The notes: a model not told the origin generated them from the sequence alone. A DNA stretch of 64,000 nucleotides from a virus (IMGVR_UViG_2562617147_000003:10046-74045); one strand, 5' to 3'; shown: positions 19,001 through 27,871, counted from the stretch's first letter. Made by a program: numbers and translations.

Positions 19001-19504
19001 TCATTCGCCATCAGTGATCCCACGCCATATCGGCAGTACCAGCTGTACATTCTGCCCAAGGATGAAGTGCCGTTTTTCAAAGATTACAACTACACGTCGG
19101 TCCTGCTTACCTTCACCTTCCGTGACGCCCGGCCCGAGCTACTGGGCATTTCCAGCTACGCCACGGGCGGGGCGTGGACCATCGGCCCCGTCCCGCTGGG
19201 CGTGAACACGGAGGCTGAAATCCCGGTTCCCTTCGGCAATCTGCCCTTTTCCGTGGACGGCTCTGTGGAGGAAGAGCACGACTACCAGGTCAGAAAGCGC
19301 AGGCTGGGTGAGATGTCCGGCTGGTACAACAGCGGGTATTACGTCACCGGTGAAATCGTGTACCGCAAAAGCGACGCCGTGGTGCTGGTCACGGGAAACC
19401 ATGCCGTCAGCCAATACAACGGCGCGTACTGGAACTCGCCGTCCGTGAATACGCAAAGCAACAAGGCCAACTACTATCTCAGCCTGCAACGGAGGGGCGT
19501 GTGA
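16031..19504 (+). CDS. Tail fibre/spike: T7 gp17-like N-terminal anchor, two discoidin(F5/8)-like domains flanking a LamG/ConA-like domain
   Basis: YAVPFPIYSEKDVRV...LDRQVQMIRQL anchor; PRKWQLQGWN and CKFRLSGRN repeats; WHTVSVSQ...IHVDG...GHLNNLRVT. Confidence 0.8.
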   Translation: MIAQTSVVVRYIVTAGVLSYAVPFPIYSEKDVRVTFSTDGRTETALVPGAEYTVTVLSSGGGTVTLGSAGIVPIEAVLAVASAIPATQEADFSATTDVDTGALETQLDRQVQMIRQLEAELDRAVKVPAASEESPESVARDIYTARDAAEASAGAAGDSAARAARSAANAANSAGQSAGAAADAEYWAGRAEDAGNNGPATPGHIGGVKPRHGLSVMEDGTLDLNTGDGLEIDATENAPRVNASGIRHGVLAVAHGGTGADTAQGARDNLGLSAWQKGMEGTNPQRLRNVILSGREKDGYPAYLVGQEFIDMQHEDGVYISKRGTVSAGGEYSASHRATRPLRNQLVYQAQGWLTPNTVTSGQWEYAFADRAHVLTGLYLQNRDNEPQCFPRKWQLQGWNESSGLWEDIYRRDNDQALRGSSDNLKDNGRMYWFTENATAYRRVRINIESNHGGAYSQLAVIRLYEAVIPGLHKYDPALYATPETPFAASVACGLSADGTARTLDRPVKVTEHVVFDGRKLAEMSRNYIYVVPADESTGRLPDNLDADRAVPLPGNAAFLYADTRKLHYGTRGDIEKECFALLQSRHTVAYDPVPNGMFEMNQGAWNHPLYFQNVRVDPTEKPRGAASSYRFTGVDNWIGPNADLTAALLGKNAHPYSNECTVELDFKWNGPAPETTDDYFILFDNGYSASRGWALAYHNRKKCLALHWGSKSISNWCYHAPFNAADGTWHTVSVSQRDSNLFIHVDGVCLGAFNYVSLCNPNYRYWFLGRWIHSGSHQWYGHLNNLRVTLGTALYQGRDYAVSPAFNRGPIPDKTLWYDAAEGVVKEWQAEAGVWLKTPMLPVGHVDTGRKEHLMTDQPRGTYHLQPTKWVTDFKTDSSYDGNAGASSLFNLGYGGAHAFLSGGTNDATHAVEFMLEKPLAFESMLDFVNTRGNWNSSLCKFRLSGRNADEEAWNVLIDRSTFIDDGALLGAGVYVAPNGTSPYFGGYKSFAISDPTPYRQYQLYILPKDEVPFFKDYNYTSVLLTFTFRDARPELLGISSYATGGAWTIGPVPLGVNTEAEIPVPFGNLPFSVDGSVEEEHDYQVRKRRLGEMSGWYNSGYYVTGEIVYRKSDAVVLVTGNHAVSQYNGAYWNSPSVNTQSNKANYYLSLQRRGV

Positions 19505-19767
19505 TGCAAATTCTTACCTGGCTGACGCCCGAGGATGAAATGTATTGCGCCGCAACGCCGCGCGCGGGCCGCGACACGGCCATCGCCGACAGACCGGCGG
19601 ACATGCCGCAGGGCCGCTACAACCGGGAAAACGGGCAGTGGGAACGGGTTTACGAAGCGCCCGGGCCGCAAGACATCAGCCTGGGCGAAGCCGAACGGCT
19701 GTGGGCCTGGGCCGAAGCCCAGGGCGAGGGCATGGCGGGCATCATTCTCAAGGCGCTGGGGCTGTAA
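19504..19767 (+). CDS. Small tail-fibre-associated protein
   Basis: Overlaps tail fibre stop. Confidence 0.55.
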   Translation: MQILTWLTPEDEMYCAATPRAGRDTAIADRPADMPQGRYNRENGQWERVYEAPGPQDISLGEAERLWAWAEAQGEGMAGIILKALGL

Positions 19768-19776
19768 GAGGTCGCC

Positions 19777-19833
19777 ATGCGCGTAGTCCCGCAAAACCTT
19801 GCCATCGGAGCCACCTTGCTCCAGCCGTTGTGA
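19777..19833 (+). pseudogene. Gene stub truncated at a palindromic element
   Basis: GAGG RBS plus MRVVPQNLAIGATLLQPL*; the stop lies inside the element leader. Confidence 0.4.
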
Positions 19834-19987
19834 CGAAGGAACTTTAGCCGTAGGCGAACCTTGTGAGCCATACGGATAAAGACAGCAACGCTAACTACGG
19901 ATGGAGACAGCAGTTGGCTACTCTGTATGCGACGCAAGGAAATTGCTGTCGCTATCCGTAAGCGGCAGAGCCGCTAACGGCTACCGC
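19818..19987. repeat. Dispersed palindromic (REP-like) element
   Basis: Same leader and hairpin as the 11449-11566 copy, plus an extra half unit. Confidence 0.8.
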
Positions 19988-20009
19988 GAGATGGGGGAAA
20001 GATGCGTAA

Positions 20010-20384
20010 TCAAAAACCCAGCCAGCCGAAACCCTTGGCCATGATGGCGGCCAAAGCGACCCAGCCGCCGATCTGCCACTTGAGCAGGCGTATTTCCGTG
20101 CCCTTGATTTCGCCGCGCACCACTTCGATTTCTTTCAGCAGGCGCATTTCCGTGTTCTTGATTTCGCCGCGCACCACTTCAATTTCCTTTTGTAGGCGCA
20201 ACTCCGTCTCGCGCAGTTCCGTCTTGACGGAGGTAATGTCACCCTTGAGGTTGGTCTTGACGTCGCTCACTTCCTGCGAGGTGGCAAGCGAACCGTCGCG
20301 TTTTTCCAACACCTCCACCAGCGCGTCGAACTGTTCCTTGGTGAACGCCTTTTCGAGCTTCTTTCCGGTGTCAAACAGCAGCAT
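20010..20384 (-). CDS. DUF1640/CCDC90-like coiled-coil protein with C-terminal TM
   Basis: MLLFDT...FTKEQ, internal 11-aa repeat KEIEVVRGEIK x2, LLKWQIG. Confidence 0.75.
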   Translation of the reverse strand: MLLFDTGKKLEKAFTKEQFDALVEVLEKRDGSLATSQEVSDVKTNLKGDITSVKTELRETELRLQKEIEVVRGEIKNTEMRLLKEIEVVRGEIKGTEIRLLKWQIGGWVALAAIMAKGFGWLGF

Positions 20385-20499
20385 GCGGCCTCCGATGCCC
20401 CAGATTAGCTATAATATCAACCCTTGCCAACAGAAGAGTTTCATGCGTCAGAACCGCATCGGCAGCACTGCGGCCCTTGTGCGCGTGGGCGGGGCATAC

Positions 20500-20769
20500 T
20501 CACAATGCAAACAGATCCGCATGGCTGCCCGTGCGCTCAAAACGCACAAAGCCGTCGCCGCGCGTGTAGAGCAAAAGCCAGTCTGGTTCCATGTGGGCGT
20601 CCATAACGCCCTTCCATGGGCCCGCGAGCATATGTTCACGGCAATGTCCCGGCAGAGGCTTGCCTTCCATGATCAGGAACATGGTTTCCTTGAGCTTGCC
20701 CATGTCTTTGCCCCGCCGTTGTGCCAATCTCACGTCCCGCTTGAACCGGCCCGAATACGCAACGCGCAT
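20500..20769 (-). CDS. yafQ: YafQ-family mRNA interferase toxin
   Basis: FKRDVRLAQRRGKD...EHMLAGPW...HMEPDWLLLY...RTGSHADLF. Confidence 0.88.
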   Translation of the reverse strand: MRVAYSGRFKRDVRLAQRRGKDMGKLKETMFLIMEGKPLPGHCREHMLAGPWKGVMDAHMEPDWLLLYTRGDGFVRFERTGSHADLFAL

Positions 20770-20772
20770 GTC

Positions 20773-21033
20773 TTATACGCCCAATTGTCTGAAAAGATCG
20801 TCAGCGTCAGCGGCCGTGTGGACATCCTCGCCGCGTGCGGATTTGTCCAGCGTTTCCTCAGTCATGGCGTTGGGAATCAATTCCAGGGGAAAGCGTCCGT
20901 CGCGGGCGATGCGCGTCAGAAGAATACGTACCGCGTCCGAAACCGAGAGGCCCATTTCGCCCAGCACCACTGCCGCTCGGGTCTTCAGGGCGGGATCCAC
21001 GCGCGCCTGTACAAGATTGTTCATGATGTTCAC
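20773..21033 (-). CDS. dinJ: DinJ/RelB antitoxin
   Basis: VQARVDPALK..A..VLGEMGLSVSDAVRILLTRIA...PLEL.PNA.T. Confidence 0.88.
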   Translation of the reverse strand: MNIMNNLVQARVDPALKTRAAVVLGEMGLSVSDAVRILLTRIARDGRFPLELIPNAMTEETLDKSARGEDVHTAADADDLFRQLGV

Positions 21034-21043
21034 CTCCTTGAAA

Positions 21044-21072
21044 AATGTAATTCATTTGTATGCTATTGGCAA
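21044..21072 (-). promoter_or_regulatory. Sigma70-type promoter of dinJ-yafQ
   Basis: TTGCCA-17 nt-TACATT on the minus strand. Confidence 0.5.
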
Positions 21073-21095
21073 GATCTGAACAGGGGAAGTTAGCT

Positions 21096-21665
21096 ATGCG
21101 CCACAACCGTACCAGCATCATCAATACGGCCCTCATGCGCGTGGGGGCCCAGGGTGTCACCGCCGCTTTTCAGGATGCGCCCGCGGCTCAAACGGCTGCC
21201 GCCGCTTATGACCGGGTCCTGGCCTACTGCCTGTCCCTGCATCCGTGGAGCTTCGCCATGCGGCATGCGGCCCTGGCCCGAGGCACGGAAAGCCCGGCGC
21301 CGGGTTGGCGTTACGCCTGGCCCCTGCCCGCCGACTGCCTGCGGGTGGTGACTGCCGCGGCGGACGGCGGGGAACAGCATATTTGCTACTCCCTGGCCGG
21401 AGATGCCCTGCAAGCGGATGCCGCCGCCGTGATTGTCAGTTACGTCAGTTCCGAAGCCGCATCATTCCCGGACGCTTTCGCCGATGCCCTGGCCTGGCGC
21501 GTGGCCCTGGAGATCGCCCCCTACGTGCAGCAGGGCGGCGGCAATGCCCGCGACTATCTGGAAATGTTCGAGCGTGCCCTGGACCGGGCCAAAGTGGAAA
21601 ACGACATGCAGCGGCCCGAACGCGTCTGCCGGTCCTCCTTCCTTAAAGAGCGGATGGTTTTCTGA
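21096..21665 (+). CDS. Tail tubular protein A (T7 gp11-like adaptor)
   Basis: IINTALMRVG, LHPWSFAMR, WRYAWPLPADCLRV, FADALAWRVALEIA. Confidence 0.82.
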   Translation: MRHNRTSIINTALMRVGAQGVTAAFQDAPAAQTAAAAYDRVLAYCLSLHPWSFAMRHAALARGTESPAPGWRYAWPLPADCLRVVTAAADGGEQHICYSLAGDALQADAAAVIVSYVSSEAASFPDAFADALAWRVALEIAPYVQQGGGNARDYLEMFERALDRAKVENDMQRPERVCRSSFLKERMVF

Positions 21666-22486
21666 TGCCCCTTTACCATATTCAGAATGTCCTCAACGGC
21701 GGCGAGATCACCCCCCTGATGCGCGGGAGGGTGGATCAGCCCCGCTGCGGCAGCCGTCGGCGAGTCTTCGAGCCTTACGGATGGCGACAGCAGGGTTACA
21801 GGAGCGTTTGATATGCCCTTATATCACATTCAGAATGTCCTCAACGGCGGCGAGATCACCCCCCTGATGCGCGGGAGGGTGGATCAGCCCCGCTGCGGCA
21901 GCCGTCGGCGAGTCTTCGAGCCTTACGGATGGCGACAGCAGGGTTACAGGAGCGTTTGATATGCCCTTATATCACATTCAAAATGTCCTCAACGGCGGCG
22001 AGATCACCCCCCTGATGCGCGGGAGGGTGGATCAGCCCCGCTGCGGCAGCCGTCGGCGAGTCTTCGAGCCTTACGGATGGCGACAGCAGGGTTACAGGAG
22101 CGTTTGATATGCCCTTATATCACATTCAAAATGTCCTCAACGGCGGCGAGATCACCCCCCTGATGCGCGGGAGGGTGGATCAGCCCCGCTGCGGCAGCCG
22201 TCGGCGAGTCTTCGAGCCTTACGGATGGCGACAGCAGGGTTACAGGAGCGTTTGATATGCCCTTATATCACATTCAGAATGTCCTCAACGGCGGCGAGAT
22301 CACCCCCCTGATGCGCGGGAGGGTGGATCAGCCCCGCTGCGGCAGCCGTCGGCGAGTCTTCGAGCCTTACGGATGGCGACAGCAGGGTTACAGGAGCGTT
22401 TGATATGCCCTTATATCACATTCAGAATGTCCTCAACGGCGGCGAGATCACCCCCCTGATGCGCGGGAGGGTGGATCAGCCCCGCT
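21665..22486 (+). repeat. Tandem array: five 148-bp units plus a sixth partial unit that is the true start of tail tubular B; each unit encodes a 48-aa ORF
   Basis: ATGs at 21665, 21813, 21961, 22109, 22257, 22405; unit = first 27 codons of the gene plus 66 bp of palindromic-element-derived DNA with AGGAG. Confidence 0.95.
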
Positions 22487-24495
22487 ACGGCACCGGCGCG
22501 CGCGAGATGCGCAACTTTGTTCCCATGCCCCAGGGCGGCGTCACGCGCAGGCCCGGCACGCGCTTTTTAGGCATGGCGCACGGCGACGCGGCGCGCCTGA
22601 TTCCCTTTGTCTTTTCCGCGACGCAAGGGCGCATGCTGGAATTCGGAGATAAAACCTTGCGCGTCTGGCTTCCGGATGGCCGTTTGGTGGCGGATGAAAA
22701 CGGTGAGCCGAAGGTTTTCGAATCCCCCTATGCCGTCGGCGACCTGCACGAGCTGCGCTTTGCCCAATCCGCGGACGTGGTCTATCTCGCCCATCAGGGC
22801 TATGCCCCGCGCAGGCTCTCCCGCCATGCCGATGACGACTGGCGCTGGAGCGAGCTGGCCTTTGTGCCGGCCATCGCCGCTCCCGACAACGTCAGCCTGC
22901 AGGTCATCGACCGGGGATACAATGGCGACAACGCCACGCGCGTTTACACCTATGCCGTTACGGCCGTGGATGAGAAGACCGGGCAGGAATCCGGCGCCGG
23001 AGCCGAGGTCAGCATCACGGCCAAGGCCCTCAATTCCGTGAGCTACATCATCCGCGCCGCCTGGCCCGCCGTGGAGGGTGCGGCCTACTATCGGGTGTAC
23101 AAAAAGAAATACGGCGTGTTCGGCTATATCGGCAGGTCCGACGCGGAATGCTCCTTTGACGATGAGAACATCGGCGCGGACACCGAGGACACGCCGCCCG
23201 AGCACAAGAATCCGTTCGCTTCGGAAGGCGACTGGCCTTCACAGGTCTTTTTTCACCAGCAACGTCTGGGCTGGGCCGCTACGGCCAACAGGCCGATTAC
23301 CATCTGGCTCTCGCGCCCCGGTGACTTTGAAATCATGGCCGCGTCCACCCCGCCCAAGGATGACGACGCCATTGAAGCCACCCTGGCCGCCACCCAGGCC
23401 AACCGCATCGTCTGGCTGCAGCCGGACCGTCAGTCCCTGACCTTCGGCACCGAAGGCAGCGAATGGACGCTTTCAGCCGGTGAGGGCGTGGCCCTGACGC
23501 CCTCCAATGTCAGCTTTGAAATGCAGACCGCCAACGGCGGCGACAACGCGACACAGGCCGTTTCCGTGGGCGGCGGCGTGCTCTACCTCCAGCGCGGCGG
23601 CAAGGCTGTGCGCCAGTTCGCCTACAATTACAGCGCGGACAAATATCTGGGCCAGGACGTTACCATTCTGGCCCGGCACATCCTGCGCGACGCGGTCGTG
23701 ACGGCCTGGGCCTTCCAGCAGGAGCCCTACGCCGTGCTCTGGTGCGCGCTTTCCGACGGCACCCTGGCCGGACTCACCTACATGCCGGAACAGGACGTCA
23801 TGGGCTGGCACCGCCACGACACGGACGGGCGCTTTGAGGACGTGGCCGCCATGCCCGGCACGCCCGACGACCAGACCTGGTTTCTGGTGCGGCGGGGTTG
23901 CGGGCTTTGTGTGGAACGGCTGGACAGCTTCTTTGACTCCGATGAGCTGGCGGAAGCCTATTTCCTGGACAGCGCGCTCAATTACCAGGGCGCGGCGGTC
24001 ACGCGGTTCAGCGGGCTTGATCATCTTGCCGGACGCACGGTTCAGGTTTTTGCCGACGGCGGAACCATTGACGGCCTGGCAGTGGATGCGGACGGCGGCC
24101 TGACCCTGCCCCGGCCCGCGTCCAGCGTGCATGCGGGCCTGCCGTACACGTCGCGCCTTGTGCCCAATCTGCCTGAAATTCAGACCCCACAGGGCTCAAG
24201 CATGATGCACAACCGCAAAATTTCCGCCGTGCGGCTCCGAACCTACCGCAGTATGTCCTTCCTGGCCGGGCTGGAAGGAAACCTTACCCCTATTGTGGAC
24301 AGACATATCCGCTCCGGGGCGTTCCGGACGCAGCCTTTTTTCAGCGACGGGACAGACCTTGCCCTGGACGTCTGCGGCGGCTGGGCCGACGAGTCGCCGC
24401 TTGTCCTGGAAGTGAACAGCCCTGCGCCGCTGACTGTTCTGGCCATCTCCACAGCCGTGGATGCTTCTCCGTATTCCGGAATGGGAGGGTTCTAA
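22405..24495 (+). CDS. Tail tubular protein B / nozzle (T7 gp12, P22 gp10-like)
   Basis: NGGEITP, GGVTRRPGTRF, FAQSADV, PSQVFFHQQRL, EQDVMGWHRH. Confidence 0.88.
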   Translation: MPLYHIQNVLNGGEITPLMRGRVDQPRYGTGAREMRNFVPMPQGGVTRRPGTRFLGMAHGDAARLIPFVFSATQGRMLEFGDKTLRVWLPDGRLVADENGEPKVFESPYAVGDLHELRFAQSADVVYLAHQGYAPRRLSRHADDDWRWSELAFVPAIAAPDNVSLQVIDRGYNGDNATRVYTYAVTAVDEKTGQESGAGAEVSITAKALNSVSYIIRAAWPAVEGAAYYRVYKKKYGVFGYIGRSDAECSFDDENIGADTEDTPPEHKNPFASEGDWPSQVFFHQQRLGWAATANRPITIWLSRPGDFEIMAASTPPKDDDAIEATLAATQANRIVWLQPDRQSLTFGTEGSEWTLSAGEGVALTPSNVSFEMQTANGGDNATQAVSVGGGVLYLQRGGKAVRQFAYNYSADKYLGQDVTILARHILRDAVVTAWAFQQEPYAVLWCALSDGTLAGLTYMPEQDVMGWHRHDTDGRFEDVAAMPGTPDDQTWFLVRRGCGLCVERLDSFFDSDELAEAYFLDSALNYQGAAVTRFSGLDHLAGRTVQVFADGGTIDGLAVDADGGLTLPRPASSVHAGLPYTSRLVPNLPEIQTPQGSSMMHNRKISAVRLRTYRSMSFLAGLEGNLTPIVDRHIRSGAFRTQPFFSDGTDLALDVCGGWADESPLVLEVNSPAPLTVLAISTAVDASPYSGMGGF

Positions 24496-24496
24496 G

Positions 24497-25147
24497 ATGG
24501 GCGCCACCGCGCTTGCGTTGACCATGGGCGGGCTTTCCGCCCTTTCCAGCCTGTCGCAGACGCGGCAGCAGAACCGCCAGGCCAAATACCAGCAGGCCCA
24601 GCTGGAAGCCAATGCGGCGGCCGCGCGCAATCAGGCCAAGATGACGGCTGAGAAAGGCCGCATTGAGGCGGAAAATCTGGACCGCGAGCGCTCGGCCCTG
24701 CGCCGGGAATACGCCGACGTGCAGTCCGGCAATGTGGCGAACCTCGGCGCGCTGGGCGTGGACATGTCCAGCGGCAGCGCGGCGGCTTCCCTGGAGGGCA
24801 ACGCCAACCGCTTCGCCGCGGACTATGGGGCCAACCGCTACCAGAAAGCCGTGGGAGAATGGGAAACCCGCGAGAACGTCAAGGCCCGGCAGGCCAGCGC
24901 CCAGAATTACGAGAACGCGGCCTCCTGGTACGGCTCCACGGTCAAGAACCTGGGGCAGTCCCTGCTCACCGCCGGGGTATCCGGCCTGGTCTCCGGCATC
25001 AGCACCTACAGCCTGGCCGGTGGATTCGGCGGCGGGGGCGATGTGGCCCAGGCCGGTAAAGGCTTTGTAAGCGGCAGTCAAAGCGTGCTGCGAAACCTTC
25101 AGGCCGGAAATATTCTCCGCAATGGCCTCAAAGCAAGCAGGAGGTAA
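24497..25147 (+). CDS. Internal virion/ejection protein (small)
   Basis: Gly/Ala-rich hydrophobic termini, ALGVDMSSGSA motif; follows nozzle. Confidence 0.7.
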   Translation: MGATALALTMGGLSALSSLSQTRQQNRQAKYQQAQLEANAAAARNQAKMTAEKGRIEAENLDRERSALRREYADVQSGNVANLGALGVDMSSGSAAASLEGNANRFAADYGANRYQKAVGEWETRENVKARQASAQNYENAASWYGSTVKNLGQSLLTAGVSGLVSGISTYSLAGGFGGGGDVAQAGKGFVSGSQSVLRNLQAGNILRNGLKASRR

Positions 25148-25150
25148 GTC

Positions 25151-27871
25151 ATGGCCATCCGCATTCAGCAGTACAGCGCGCCGCCCCGGCATATTCAGGC
25201 CGGAGACGTTGATCCCGGCTTCTCCCAACCCCTGATCCGCGACGCCGGGCGCTCCGCCGACGCCGATCTGACCGACGCCATGCTCAAGGCGGGCATGCGG
25301 ATCACGGAGGTGGGCGTCAGGGAGTATGTCAGCCGGGAAACCACGCGGGTGTCGCAGTCGCTTTTGCGTATGCAAGGCGATCTGAGCGCCGAGCGCGACC
25401 GATATATGGCGGAACACCAGGGGCAGAACGCCATCAACGCGGGAGAGCATTTCAGGAGCTTCGCCGACGAAGCCATGCGGCGGCACTTGGAGGACGGACA
25501 ATTCTCCGGCCGCTTTCGCCAGATGTTTGCGCGGCAAGCCGTGGCTACCGGCCTGCACTTCACCGAGCAGGGGCAGGCCTACGGCCGACAGCAGAAGGAA
25601 ACTTGGGAAGGCTCCGTGCTCAAAGGCGAACTCGCCCACTTTGAAACGCTGGTAGCCAAGAATTACGACAATCCCGAACTGATCACGTACAACCTTGGCC
25701 AGTTGCAGGGACGCATCAAAGACATGCGGCCCGGCCTGGACAACCGGGAGATGTTTCAGCAATTGGATTCGTTGGCGGCCAAGGGGCGTCTGGACGGCAT
25801 GCTGGCTGACGGGCGCTATGACGAGGCTGAACGGCTGATGGGGGGCGGAACCGGAAGCGGCGGTACCATTGCGGAGACGTTTCGCAATCCGCTGAACCTC
25901 AAGAAGGCGGGCGCCAATACCGGCACACGGGACGATTTCCGGCAGTTCGGCAGCTATGCGGAAGGCTTCGGCGCGGCATGGGATCAGCTGAAAACATATC
26001 AGTCGCGAGACGGCCTGACCACGCCGCGCCGGATGGCGGGCAAATGGGCTCCTGTTTCGGACGGCAATGACCAGAACAAATACGTCGCGGCACTGCGGTC
26101 CGTGGGGCTGGACCCGGACGCCGAAATAGACGTGAACGATCCGGGGCAGGCGGCCTTGCTCATGAAGGGCATGGCCCTTGCCGAATCCCCTGTGGGTAAG
26201 CGTTTTTCGAAAGATGACATCGCCGCCATGCTGGCCACCGGCAAGGACGCGCCAGCGCCCGGCCAGCTTGAGGCCGGGAATATCAACCTGTTCAACCGGC
26301 CCGTGGTCAAGAATGCCGACGGCACCATCAGCACCGTGCGCAGCATGTCCGCCAATTTCGACGGCAAGGAAGTCCTGCTCCCCACCGTCAGCGACGACGG
26401 CAAAATCCTTTCCAACGAAGAGGCCGTGGAGCAGTACCGGAAGACCGGCAAGCACCTGGGCATCTTCGACAGCCCGGAACACGCCACCGCCTACGCCAAA
26501 ACCCTGCACGAGGACCAGGAACGCCTGTATGTCCCGCAAGATCGGCAAGCGCCCGGCCTGGCCGGACTCACGCCGGCCGACCGGCTGAAGTATCAGGGTC
26601 AAATCAGAACGGCGCGCCGGGAACGAGTGCTGGAAGCGGGACTTACCGCATCAGCCTTTGAGAATCAAATCTCCTACGGCATGGACAAAGGTGATTTTTC
26701 GGCCGCTGAAGCCACCGTCGCCAAGCTGGAAGGCATGGGCGCGCATAAGGAAGCCGGAGAGCTGTCCGAAAAACTTGCCGTCTCCAAACAGGCCCGCACG
26801 GCTCTGGACGGGACGCAAGGCTTGCCGTTGCTGGAGCAGGCGGCTGCCGCCAAGAACGATCTGGATGCTCTGATCACGCCGGGCAACGCTAAAGCTGTCG
26901 TGGCCATGCGCGAGAAAGTGGATTCCGTGATGGAGAAAAGAAAAAGCGCTTTTATCAAGGACCCGGCCGGATACGTGGCGATCCTGCCCGCCATGCAGGG
27001 AGAAATGGATTTTCAGGAGAGAGTGCGCCGCAGTCTCGCCTTGCAGGAGGAAACGGGGAAGGGGCTAGGTTTCACGCCGCGCGTGCTCCCGGACGCGGAG
27101 AGCAAGCGCCTGCGCGCGGTGTATGACAAGCAGACCACGCCGGAGGGAAGGCTTCAGAACCTCCGGGGATTACAGCAGCAGGGTGGCATATATTCGCAGC
27201 GAATGTTGACGGAAATGAAGATGCCGGAATCGGTTGTGGCTATCGCTCCGGCACTGCCAATCCTGCCGGACAAGGATTCTGGACTCTGGCTTACAGCCGC
27301 TGAAATTAAGCCGTCCGATATCCCCAATGTAAATGAAGACGCAAAGAAGAATGCCAGGGATGCCATAGCCAATTCCAGTGCCATGAGCTTTTTCTACGGC
27401 ATGGCGCGAAAGTTCCCTACAAATACAGTTCTTCGGGACTTGGCAAAAAACATGGAAGCAACCGTTCAGAACGCCTTGCTGCTGGGCATGGAACCCGGCG
27501 CGCTGGACAAGGCATGGTCTTCGGAGACAAGCGACAACTGTCTACTGTTGATCCCGAAAAATGCCAATATTGACGCCAGTGATGCCGAAACTGCGTTGGC
27601 AAGCCAGCGAGAAGAGATCGCTGCCCGCCTGATGCGGGAATACCCCAAAAGCGGCGACGCCGCAAAAGACCGCACAGCCATGGCCAACCGCCGCGCACTG
27701 GCGCGGGAAGGCGTTTTTGTGTCCAGTAATAACGGTTTGTCCGCATCACTTCTTGATCCCTGGACCGGCGATCCCGTGTTCTGGCAAGACGGGAGCCCTG
27801 TGACGGTTGACCTGAACGACGCCTTGGCCGCCGCGCTTTCGGAGGAAGAGGAAGACGAAAATGATCTTTGA
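25151..27871 (+). CDS. Internal virion/ejection protein with lysozyme-like domain
   Basis: NPLNLK...F..Y.EG......Y....T......KWAP..DGND...Y; second insert GNINLFNRPVVKNADGTISTVRSMS. Confidence 0.7.
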   Translation: MAIRIQQYSAPPRHIQAGDVDPGFSQPLIRDAGRSADADLTDAMLKAGMRITEVGVREYVSRETTRVSQSLLRMQGDLSAERDRYMAEHQGQNAINAGEHFRSFADEAMRRHLEDGQFSGRFRQMFARQAVATGLHFTEQGQAYGRQQKETWEGSVLKGELAHFETLVAKNYDNPELITYNLGQLQGRIKDMRPGLDNREMFQQLDSLAAKGRLDGMLADGRYDEAERLMGGGTGSGGTIAETFRNPLNLKKAGANTGTRDDFRQFGSYAEGFGAAWDQLKTYQSRDGLTTPRRMAGKWAPVSDGNDQNKYVAALRSVGLDPDAEIDVNDPGQAALLMKGMALAESPVGKRFSKDDIAAMLATGKDAPAPGQLEAGNINLFNRPVVKNADGTISTVRSMSANFDGKEVLLPTVSDDGKILSNEEAVEQYRKTGKHLGIFDSPEHATAYAKTLHEDQERLYVPQDRQAPGLAGLTPADRLKYQGQIRTARRERVLEAGLTASAFENQISYGMDKGDFSAAEATVAKLEGMGAHKEAGELSEKLAVSKQARTALDGTQGLPLLEQAAAAKNDLDALITPGNAKAVVAMREKVDSVMEKRKSAFIKDPAGYVAILPAMQGEMDFQERVRRSLALQEETGKGLGFTPRVLPDAESKRLRAVYDKQTTPEGRLQNLRGLQQQGGIYSQRMLTEMKMPESVVAIAPALPILPDKDSGLWLTAAEIKPSDIPNVNEDAKKNARDAIANSSAMSFFYGMARKFPTNTVLRDLAKNMEATVQNALLLGMEPGALDKAWSSETSDNCLLLIPKNANIDASDAETALASQREEIAARLMREYPKSGDAAKDRTAMANRRALAREGVFVSSNNGLSASLLDPWTGDPVFWQDGSPVTVDLNDALAAALSEEEEDENDL

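Noticed and set aside
16031-19504. Diversity-generating retroelement, given the BPP-1-like architecture
   Set aside because: No reverse transcriptase and no TR/VR pair differing at adenines seen in the window
21665-22486. Possible CRISPR array
   Set aside because: Units are identical 148-mers with no unique spacers, derive from a gene start, and no cas genes are present
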